Source of the DNA: Paraspadella gotoi
Lineage: Eukaryota; Animalia; Chaetognatha
Direction: 5' to 3'
DNA: 9,485 bases
Assembly: GCA_051294375.1 (NCBI GenBank)
Contig: JBJCIZ010000499.1
Location: forward strand, 1-9,485
The notes below the pieces were generated by a model. That model made no database searches, was not told the DNA's origin, and saw only the letters and a program-made list of their open reading frames with translations. Of the stretch, positions 1 through 7,798 are shown in pieces (position 1 is the stretch's first letter; each line of letters begins with the position of its first letter). Both the position numbers and the translations under genes were made by a program.

Positions 1-852
1 AGCAGGGTCGAAGGCGGCGGCAGAGGTGATTGATATGCTGGATGAGTCTGCAGTGTCTTTACTGGGGATTTTATCCAGCCGTTCTGAAATTAATCGACAC
101 CCCTCTCTATATTTTCTTTTCNNNNNNNNNNNNNNNNNNNNNNNNNNNNNNNNNNNNNNNNNNNNNNNNNNNNNNNNNNNNNNNNNNNNNNNNNNNNNNN
201 NNNNNNNNNNNNNNNNNNNNNNNNNNNNNNNNNNNNNNNNNNNNNNNNNNNNNNNNNNNNNNNNNNNNNNNNNNNNNNNNNNNNNNNNNNNNNNNNNNNN
301 NNNNNNNNNNNNNNNNNNNNNNNNNNNNNNNNNNNNNNNNNNNNNNNNNNNNNNNNNNNNNNNNNNNNNNNNNNNNNNNTTCTGAATTGTTCGAGAATTT
401 AGGTAAATTGGCAGATAAGATTTTTCCGGCAAGATTCTGGCTTGCTGTCTTAGTTGCTTGTTGACTNNNNNNNNNNNNNNNNNNNNNNNNNNNNNNNNNN
501 NNNNNNNNNNNNNNNNNNNNNNNNNNNNNNNNNNNNNNNNNNNNNNNNNNNNNNNNNNNNNNNNNNNNNNNNNNNNNNNNNNNNNNNNNNNNNNNNNNNN
601 NNNNNNNNNNNNNNNNNNNNNNNNNNNNNNNNNNNNNNNNNNNNNNNNNNNNNNNNNNNNNNNNNNNNNNNNNNNNNNNNNNNNNNNNNNNNNNNNNNNN
701 NNNNNNNNNNNNNNNCTTGGAGGCGTTGATTTGCCAGAGAGATGGCGTTTTCTCTTAACCTTTTCATTTTCTCTTTTTCTTCCATTTTGTTTATTAGATG
801 ACTGACACGACCTCAGAAATTGTGTAATGACATTGTCAACGCAGAGAATGGA
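1..852 (-). CDS. Probable partial coding sequence of unknown function, interrupted by two N gaps and running off the left edge
   Basis: One minus frame has no stop in any of the three readable blocks: SILCVDNVITQFLRSCQSSNKQNGRKRENEKVKRKRHLSGKSTPP / VNKQLRQQARILPEKSYLPIYLNSRTIQ / KRKYREGCRLISERLDKIPSKDTADSSSISITSAAAFDPA. If the gap lengths are only estimates, an alternative reading starts at ATG 785 (MEEKEKMKRLRENAISLANQRLQ) and continues SQQATKTASQNLAGKILSANLPKFSNNSE. No family recognised. Confidence 0.4.
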
Positions 853-989
853 TTATCAAGTGGCTTGTCTCTCTTGGCCTACTTCCTTCGTTGTTGTTAT
901 GGAAGGATTGTGTCAGTGGAGGCGAGATATTGACAGTGAGTAACAAAAGATGTCCACAATAAAAGCTTCATCTTGGCCATTTCTACAAA

Positions 990-1125
990 AAAGACAGAGA
1001 AGGAGAAAGAGGGAAAGAGAGAGAAAGAGAGAAAGCGAGAAAGAGAAACAGAGAAAAAGAGAGAAAGGGAGAGAGAGAGAGAGGGGGGGAAAGAGAGAGT
1101 GAGAGAGGGAAAGAGAGAGGGGAGA
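990..1125. repeat. Degenerate (GA)n polypurine tract
   Basis: Almost pure A/G run, e.g. gagaaagagagaaagcgagaaagagaaacagag. Confidence 0.9.
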
Positions 1126-1188
1126 ATTTTTTTTTTCAAGTAGAGGGAGCTCAGTCAGATCTGGTTTTTTTTCTCGTAACGATGCCTG

Positions 1189-1198
1189 ATCACGTGAC
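1189..1198. promoter_or_regulatory. Candidate bHLH E-box (GTCACGTGAT on minus; RTCACGTG class)
   Basis: ATCACGTGAC followed by a second ACGTGA, upstream of the GA tract and the putative minus-strand CDS. Short motif that could be chance. Confidence 0.2.
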
Positions 1199-2831
1199 GA
1201 CGTGAAGTGTCCAGCCAGGAGAGAGAGAGATATGATAGTAGTGGAAATGTAGGAGGCGATTTATTACGCCATAGATGAGTCGTTGTAGATAAAATTCTGT
1301 CTATATTATCTACAGGAGCTTAGGAAACAAGCGAGAGTTCAGTGTATTTGATTATATTAATTTATTATATGTCTCTTACGAGATAAAATACTATATTGCC
1401 ATGGAACAATGGTCAGATACCGAATAACTGTGGAGTGTACCAGAGCAAGATATAAAATTCCCAGGGAGCGAGTAGAATTATGTGTAAGAACTGTAGATAT
1501 ATAGAGATAGAGATATTGATTCTCTTGATTTAAGTGTAAGCGAGAAAGAGAGGAAGTAGTAAAATATAAGATAGAATATAATTGAATGCAAGTAGGCGAG
1601 GTTCATATAATATAACGTTATATAGAGAGAGAAGAGAGTAGTGTATACGACTGTGAGTAACATAGCGTGACATCCACAGTATTATGTCAGAGAAGAAGGA
1701 ATTTTAGTTAGGAGAGAGCTGAGAACTGTGACATAGATGTCGGCGATACTTTTTTTATGTATATCTTTTGTGGGACGTGTGTCTCGGAAGATCCGAAAAA
1801 TGGGCACGCCAGAGAGAGTGGCACAAAAGATACTAAGTTTGAAGAAAGGTCATGTGGGCCTGCATGTAGCAATGTGCGACGATAGAGAGAGTCGCACGGG
1901 AGTTGTGAAGATCTGGTAGTAATCCGCTTTAGGGTCAGGACACTTTGATAGACATTCCACCATCCTCTCTGGCCGATCAGTGCTGATTTTCTTTTTTTTC
2001 CTCGTTCTGCCTTTCAAATGTGAATTAAATACACAGAGATGAGAGAGAAATTTGGATGGAAGGAGAAAACAGAAGTACGAGGGTGGCAGGGAATGCCGAG
2101 TGTATAATGGGAAGAGAAAGGAAAAGAGGACTTATGAGAGTTAACAGACGAGCAAATGAAGAAAATGTGCCGATAAAAAAAAGACTCTCGCGCGGACATC
2201 ACCTGATGCGCGACTGCGAGAGCAGCGGGATCAAGTTGAGTTAAGTGGAGAGTGTTTTATGTTAATTCACGCTATTCTATTTGAGACATTAAACACTAAG
2301 CTATTGTAACTAAGAATAGTTAGTCGTTCTGTTAATTCGAGGGATTTTTCTATCCTGATGAGAGAGAAATTGCGGTAGGAAAAGAAGATGGAGATGTAAA
2401 CGAATAGGATAAAGGCTTAAGAAGATAATAAGAGAGTGAGAGAAGATGTTTGTTAGTTATAAAATATTTTTAATGAGTGCAGTAATGCACACACCCTAGA
2501 TATTCTGTGAAGATTCCTCGTGCAGTGTATACAAGAAAATAAGTTAAAAGATTTTGCACATAATATATGGATAATAAGTTGGAATGATGCGACATTAATA
2601 TATATAATATGAAAAATGAGAAATTGAGCAGTTTAATAGATTTTTGAGAGTGAAGCAAAAAAATACATAAATAAATATACAGTATAAATTAATGTGATGT
2701 TGATAAATATGTGAACAGGTATGGAAACTAGTTTTTTAGAGTGAAGGGAGATAGAACATACTCCGCAAACTCAAGTAATGTGGCTCTCTGAATAACGAAT
2801 ATGTGGAAATGTGTATTGTGTTTGCAGTTAT

Positions 2832-2963
2832 ATGACTCATTATAAGGTTGCCGTCATATGCTGTAACCACGTGTTCCCCCTCAAGACCATCGTCTTCCGG
2901 AATGATTCAGGGCAGCTAGAGACCATCCAGAAGTTCGATTTTACACTCGCGTATGTGGATTAA
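2832..2963 (+). CDS. Small ORF (43 aa) or internal exon 2828-2950: MTHYKVAVICCNHVFPLKTIVFRNDSGQLETIQKFDFTLAYVD
   Basis: Open frame with mostly C/G-ending codons in an AT-rich background; bracketed by tttgcAG (2821-2827) and GTatgt (2951-2956). Confidence 0.3.
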   Translation: MTHYKVAVICCNHVFPLKTIVFRNDSGQLETIQKFDFTLAYVD

Positions 2964-3014
2964 CGCGTCGCGCCTCCGGCTCCGGTGACTCTTTCAAACT
3001 CTGCTATGGGGGTA

Positions 3015-3101
3015 TGCGGCGGACCAGCCGGGACTAGAACCCCGCGGACGATTGGGTTGGAGGGGGTTTGTTAGGTTTCGAATCCACTTCGCCTCCGCGC
3101 A
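3015..3101 (-). pseudogene. Degenerate tRNA-like sequence or tRNA-derived SINE head
   Basis: Minus strand has A-box-like AGGCGAAGTGG (3094-3084), a CGAA/TTCG D-stem and B-box-like GGTTCTAGTCC (3041-3031) in a GC stem; the ends TGCGCGG/CCGCCGCA can pair. No anticodon arm. Confidence 0.4.
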
Positions 3102-3355
3102 TCCGAGATCCGCGCTCGCTGCATTAGAAATGGTATAGTGTGGATGGTTTAGTCGCAACCGGAGTGTAGGTAGCCCTCGGGTATTAATTATAGTATAAAT
3201 ATTAATGATCACCGTAGATTGTACATATAGAAGGTCAGGTCACACTGAGGGGCCTCAGCCTAACGTACCGCGGCAATAAATAACAGGATGTACGTATTTT
3301 GTGTTTGTTATGTATATATTTACGGGTGCAAATTAATGTTACAGACTGATAGTAA

Positions 3356-3505
3356 ATGTTGATTTGCGATGCAGCGCGTGCACACTTCGGGTATCCATCA
3401 GTTGAGTCACTAATCTCTTTGTTCAATGTAACGCCGTTGCGCTCATATAACAGCTTTAACTTCACGTGTGGTGACGGCCTTACTCTGCGAAGAGTAGACG
3501 CATAA
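3356..3505 (+). CDS. Small ORF (49 aa): MLICDAARAHFGYPSVESLISLFNVTPLRSYNSFNFTCGDGLTLRRVDA
   Basis: aaATG to TAA, coinciding with a local GC-richer block and followed immediately by a hairpin. No homology recognised. Confidence 0.2.
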   Translation: MLICDAARAHFGYPSVESLISLFNVTPLRSYNSFNFTCGDGLTLRRVDA

Positions 3506-3859
3506 GCCCGAAAAAGCCCTTTTTAGGCGAGTATTTATTCATCTCAAAACGTTAGTGTGCTGAATCAAACTCAACTAATTTTGTAAGTATAGGTGCTCAT
3601 TTATGTACATTTTAGGGTGAGTGTTAATGATATCATGCCTCATCTGAGTGGAAGCCCCCATCGATCATCTTGTCTCTCGCTGGTAATTTGCTGTTACAAT
3701 TTTTAAAAATTTTTAATAATAAATAAAATAATTAATGTACACAGTTTATATCACTGCAATAGAACCGCCTCAAATCTGACGGGTAGTGGACGGCGGTATT
3801 CTCGCCCGCTCGTGGAACACTCAACTATGTGCTAAATTGTATACAAAATCGACACTTCC

Positions 3860-4215
3860 TTCTATACAGACATCCTCAGGATTGAGGCCGCAGCCTGTTG
3901 GAGAAGTCTGGTGGGGGGTATCCTGTTGGGCAGCTTAAGACTTAAAAGCTGCCTTCACTGCTGTCCGTACCGCTCAGCCTCGGTCTCAATGGTGGCTGAG
4001 CAGGCTTAAATCATACTCAATTCCAATCCGTGCGTCCTCGCGGGTTCAGTTCGCTGGATAATCGCCGGTTCTGGCTTAAATGTGACGGTGACGGTATAAA
4101 CATGCCAGTGAACAGGAGGCGGTGTCACTGAGGGTCTCCGCAGCCCTACGGCCCAGTTGGGTGGGATAGCCCCGCGTCACCGGCGGGGTATCACAGGTCT
4201 AGTCCTCCCGTTGCC
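3860..4215. other. GC-rich island with many inverted repeats; possible structured RNA
   Basis: Stems GGCAGCTT/AAGCTGCC (3929-3953), GCTCAGCC/GGCTGAGC (3972-4001), CCTCA/TGAGG (3874-3887) and GATAGCCCCGC/GCGGGGTATC (4165-4192); no long ORF. Confidence 0.3.
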
Positions 4216-4907
4216 ATATAAAGGTATGAAAATGGAAATAGTGAGACAGAATAGTGAAAGTATAAAAGAGACGGATAGTGAGTTTACATATGTTGGAACA
4301 ATGAAAATACAAGATTAAAATTTGAAATATATTGTGCGGGGTCGGAACTGTGAGGGCTAATAATAAAGGTTAAAAAAATTTAACAGTGAAAGCAAGATAG
4401 CAATAAATCGAAGGCTAAATCTAAAATTTGAAATTTGAGTTGAGGGAGAATAGTAAAATAGTAAGGAAACAAATATCTAAGGGAAAAAATTACATTAATG
4501 GGCCCGGAATTATCGTGTTGCTGAAGAAGGGAGAAAGATTAACGAGGATTTTATTGTGTTAAGTTACANNNNNNNNNNNNNNNNNNNNNNNNNGTACAAC
4601 ACTAAATGTCCCGGATTAGCTAAAAATAAAAAGTGCGTATTAATGATCTTACTGTTTATTATGTGGGATGGGCGTGGTTCTTCTTTGTATTTTCCTTTGG
4701 CGTTGAGTTGAAGAAACAATTTTTTTAAAGGTTTTTGCGCAATGCAGAGAAAATATTTTTTGTGAAATATCAGATAGAGTTGAAAGTTTGTTTTTTTATT
4801 TGCGCGCGTCACGAGGAAAATAAGAAAAAAATTAGGATGAAAAAAATTAAGATTAGGAAATATGGAAGAAAAACAAGTTTGAGCAAACAATGTCAGATCT
4901 GCCTACG

Positions 4908-5003
4908 ATAAATTAATTATTAATTGATTAATTAATTAATTAATAGATTAATTTTTAATTAATAGATTAATTAATTAATTAATTAATATATTAATTATAA
5001 TTT
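4908..5003. repeat. (TTAA)n-type AT low-complexity tract
   Basis: aattaattattaattgattaattaattaat...; similar tracts at 6985-7057 and 8765-8920. Confidence 0.9.
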
Positions 5004-5325
5004 ATATTCAGCTTGTCATCATCGATGTCCTTAAAATTGAGTCAGGACAGTTATTAAATGTTTTGTTTACATTTTATCAAAACAAACAAATATCCTCTAT
5101 TATCGAGCCAGGCGGGCAAAGCCCGTCCTGTCTAGATTTTTTTTCGGTTTAGCTTTCGGTCTCGCTTTTTTGCAATCATGGCTTCTGAAAGTGTGATATC
5201 ATAGGGAGTTGAATTTTCATATATGGCTTCTAATCATCAAGATCTTTAAAATTCTCATGTTTCATATCAATATTGGTATTTGTTTATGTTTATTTACAAA
5301 ACAAAAACGTTTTAATTATATGTCG

Positions 5326-5404
5326 CTCTCTCTCTCTCTCTTTTTCTCCGTCACTGCTTCTTCTAAAAACGAGTTCCGGCTCTGCAGCGTCTGTCCAGCT
5401 TCTT

Positions 5405-5446
<42 letters not shown>

Positions 5447-5896
5447 CAAAAAATTTTTTAGATATAATGTGGGTTCACTAATGTAAAAAAACGATGCCCG
5501 AACAGGGCGCGAACCCGGGTCCTTTGGGTAGAGAATAGCTCACGCTACGTGCGGCGCCATAAGTACTGCTGATTCTTTAACGAGTTAAGGGGCTGTAGAG
5601 CTTCTCTCTCTCTCTCTCTTTTAATTATTATATATCGCTCTTTCTCTTTCTCTTTTTCTCTGCAGCGGCTGTCTCTTCTCTCTCTCTCTTTTTCTCTCTC
5701 TCTCTCTGTCTCTCTGTCTCTCTGTGTGTGTCTGTCCCTATCTGTCCGATCTTTTGCGTGATCGTTGTTTTTTTTTTTTAAAATTTTGATTATTTTTTCC
5801 TTCTAAAAACTTTTATTATTGCCATTTATTCGCGCTTTTTTTCAATACAAAATCCCATATTTTCATCCGAGATTTTCGTGGATTTATTCTCTTTCT

Positions 5897-5937
<41 letters not shown>

Positions 5938-5939
5938 TT

Positions 5940-5992
<53 letters not shown>
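5326..5992. repeat. Cluster of (CT)n microsatellites
   Basis: (CT)n tracts near 5326-5340, 5401-5437, 5602-5620, 5638-5725 and 5888-5992; several follow a repeated lead-in (ttttaattatatgtcgctctc, ctctgcagcg). Confidence 0.9.
5495..5566 (-). pseudogene. tRNA-derived segment with a tRNA-Lys(UUU)-like 3' end and oligo-T tail
   Basis: Minus strand reads TGGCGCCGCACGTAGCGTG...GGACCCGGGTTCGCGCCCTGTTCGGGCA-TCG-T7. CCCTGTTCGGGC is the 3' end of eukaryotic tRNA-Lys(UUU); the acceptor stem does not pair. Confidence 0.55.
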
Positions 5993-5993
<1 letters not shown>

Positions 5994-6023
5994 TTCACTC
6001 ATACACGCATTTGTTTGTTTTAT

Positions 6024-6150
6024 TGACTATCATCGCATCAATGAATGACAATCATCGCATCAATGAATGACAATCATCGCATCAATGAATGACTATCATC
6101 ACAGCAGTGAATGACTATCATCGCATCAATAATTTGATTATCATCGATAA
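6024..6150. repeat. 22-bp minisatellite TGACTATCATCGCATCAATGAA, about 5.5 copies
   Basis: Units start at 6024, 6046, 6068, 6090 and 6112, with a degenerate one at 6135. Confidence 0.95.
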
Positions 6151-6152
6151 TA

Positions 6153-6236
6153 ATCAATTCCTATTACATCAATAAATTACTATTACAATCAATCAATTAG
6201 TATTACCTCAATCAATTACTAGTACATCAACAATTC
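6153..6236. repeat. ~20-bp minisatellite (TCAATCAATTACTATTACA-like), about 4 copies
   Basis: aatcaattcctattaca / tcaataaattactattaca / atcaatcaattagtattacc / tcaatcaattactagtaca. Confidence 0.8.
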
Positions 6237-6341
6237 GTTATCGCATGATTCATTCGTTTTTTTCCCGGTTTTTTTCATTAATTTTCTATGATAGTGGGCT
6301 CTGGCTCGATCTTGAGTCTTTTAAGATTTTTTTATTTTATG

Positions 6342-6436
6342 TCTCCTTCTCTCTCTCTCTCTCTTCACTCTCTCTCTTTCTCTCTCACTCTCTCTCTCTC
6401 TCTCACTCTCTCTTTTCTCTCTCTCTCTCTCTCTCT
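6342..6436. repeat. (CT)n microsatellite
   Basis: Directly visible. Confidence 0.9.
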
Positions 6437-6473
6437 TTTTATGCAATAGCGACGATCCTTATGCTTTTAAGAT

Positions 6474-6525
6474 TTTTTTAACTTGCATCATTTTTTCAAC
6501 TTGCATAATTTTTTCAACTTGCATT
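6474..6525. repeat. 18-bp tandem repeat TTTTTTCAACTTGCATCA, 3 copies
   Basis: aacttgcat occurs three times at 18-nt spacing. Confidence 0.9.
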
Positions 6526-7424
6526 CCGTCAAAACTTTATATCTAGCTTCTTCACTCACTTTCCTACCGCTCACAAAATTTCATCTCAATCTATCATGGG
6601 TTAAAATAAATAAAAAGATTCAAGTAATGTGACTCATATTTTTTTCATTTAAACTCATTTCCACTGGTACGTTTCCACTGAAACTTTATATCAAGCTTCG
6701 TCATACGTTTTCCTACCCACACACAAAATTTCAACTCAATCTATCCATCCAATTATGATTAATTAGAGTATTTATTGGTTAAAATAAGTAAAAAGATTTT
6801 AGTAAATTCGACTTATGTTTTTTCCATTTAAACTAATTTCCACTCACACGATTCCATCGAAATTTTATATCCAGCTTTATCACACACTTTCCTACCCACA
6901 CACAAAATTTAATTCCAATCCAACCAGCCAATCACGAGTTATTGGAGCTTTTTGCTAAGATGGGACGGATGGACGGATTGATTGACTAATTAATTAATTA
7001 TTGATTAATTTATTTACTAATTGATTAATTAACTGATTAATTATTTGATTTATTAATACATCCTGCAGATACATTTAATATAAAAGGAAAAAGAAGCATA
7101 ATCAATTAGTAAAACAGGTTTTTTGTTTTTTTCCATTTAAACTCATTTCCACTCAAACTATTCCATCGAAACTTGATTTCCTGTTCAATCACACACTTTC
7201 CTACCCACATACAAAATTCCAGGTCAATCAGCCCATCCACTCATGAGCAATTGGTGTTCAATAAGTGAATATATTTTTTTTTGTTTTTCCATTTAAACTC
7301 ATTTCACTCGGACGATTCCATCGAAACTTAATATCCAGCTCAATCACACACTTACCTATCCACACACAAATTTCATTTAAATCCATCCATCCAATCACGA
7401 GTAATTGGTGTTTTTTGCTAAGGT
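6525..7424. repeat. Internal tandem array of family A: 4 full and 1 partial copy of a ~120-bp core
   Basis: Core TTCCATTTAAACTCATTTCCACT...CCATCGAAACTT...CACACTTTCCTACCCACACACAAAATTTCA...CAATCCATCC; ATTTAAACT anchors at 6647, 6826, 7135 and 7291, with a partial copy from 6525. Confidence 0.9.
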
Positions 7425-7425
7425 G

Positions 7426-7538
7426 GGACGGACGGACGGACGGACGGACGGACGGACGACGGACGGACGGACGGACGGACGGACGGACGGACGGACGGAC
7501 GGAACGGACGGCGGAGACAGACAGGCGGACGGACGGAC
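7426..7538. repeat. (GGAC)n / (GTCC)n microsatellite near the 5' end of family A
   Basis: About 110 bp of ggacggac; a GTCY microsatellite in this position is a known DINE-1/HINE feature. Confidence 0.95.
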
Positions 7539-7698
7539 ATCATTTTTTTTGCATAATTTATCATAATTCGATGTTCTGACATGATATAAGTGTGTGCCGA
7601 CAATATTGAGGGGGCGGACCGACGGACCGAAAAAGTGAGTATAAAAAAGTGAGTTATAGAGCGGGAATCTGCTGATAAGCAGATCCGACTAAAAATTC

Positions 7699-7714
7699 GG
7701 GTGGGTTGGGTGGG
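7699..7714 (+). other. Canonical G-quadruplex motif GGG-T-GGG-TT-GGG-T-GGG
   Basis: Four G3 runs with 1-2 nt loops. Confidence 0.7.
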
Positions 7715-7717
7715 TTA

Positions 7718-7798
7718 GCCCGTTAATTGCTTAGTCGGTAGAGCTGGGAAACTTAATCCTGGGGAAGGTTAAACCTTGGGGAGAGGCCTGATTGGGCG
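7718..7798 (+). pseudogene. tRNA-Lys(CUU)-like pseudogene
   Basis: GCCCG...GCTTAGTCGGTAGAGC-TGGGA-AACTTAA-TCCTG-GGG...TTGGGCG parallels eukaryotic tRNA-Lys(CTT) (GCCCGGCTAGCTCAGTCGGTAGAGCATGAGACTCTTAATCTCAGGG...TTGGGCG). The T-arm/B-box is destroyed. Confidence 0.6.

Larger units (their letters stand above)
5101..6333 (+). mobile_element. Second HINE-like element (family B) nested in family A in the opposite orientation
   Basis: 5' subTIR ATCGAGCCAG (5102-5111) lies in a long hairpin (CAGG-CGGGC-AAA-GCCCG-T-CCTG). Its exact reverse complement CTGGCTCGAT is at 6301-6310, followed by hairpin ATCTTGAG/TTTAAGAT and a T run. The interior is made of micro- and minisatellites. Confidence 0.7.
4872..7695 (-). 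mobile_element. Non-autonomous Helentron-associated element (HINE / DINE-1-like), family A, copy 1
   Basis: Minus 5' end TTTTTA-GTCGGATCTGC-TTATCA-GCAGAT (subTIR with partial inverted copy, 7689-7667), then (GTCC)n and internal tandem repeats. The 3' subTIR is GCAGATCTGAC (4902-4892, 10/11 match), followed by hairpin GTTTG-CT-CAAAC and terminal CTTGTT. Both ends sit in T runs with no TSD. This matches the established DINE-1/HINE layout. Confidence 0.8.

Noticed and set aside
26-805. Plus-strand ORFs of 91-144 aa
   Set aside because: Their length comes from N runs.
811-980. TAA/TAG-to-Gln genetic code (CCA TAA CAA CAA CGA AGG AAG TAG)
   Set aside because: A single short instance, the frame still closes at TGA, and no conserved gene is present to test it.
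1154-1163. Extra family A subTIR (GTCAGATCTG)
   Set aside because: Near-palindromic 10-mer lacking the adjacent hairpin and terminal sequence; probably chance.
2345-2390. Hammerhead ribozyme (CTGATGA-gaga-GAAA)
   Set aside because: No stem II and poor stem I/III pairing. The CTGAAGA at 4521 and the minus-strand CTGATGA near 7850 fail likewise.
4028-4080. HDV-like ribozyme (TCCTCGC loop)
   Set aside because: No P3 closing the 7-nt loop and no P1/P2 pseudoknot could be built.
5109-5137. Canonical Helitron 3' end (hairpin + CTAG)
   Set aside because: CTAG is followed by A rather than T and is part of the stem; the exact subTIR partner at 6301 explains it better as a HINE 5' end.
5494-5512. 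LTR retrotransposon primer-binding site
   Set aside because: No LTR ending in CA upstream and no gag/pol downstream; tRNA similarity extends into the T- and D-arm regions.
5209-7603. ORF-track entries (SLSLS, ERERE, DGRTDGRT, PSVRPSV)
   Set aside because: Translations of (CT)n and (GGAC)n microsatellites.
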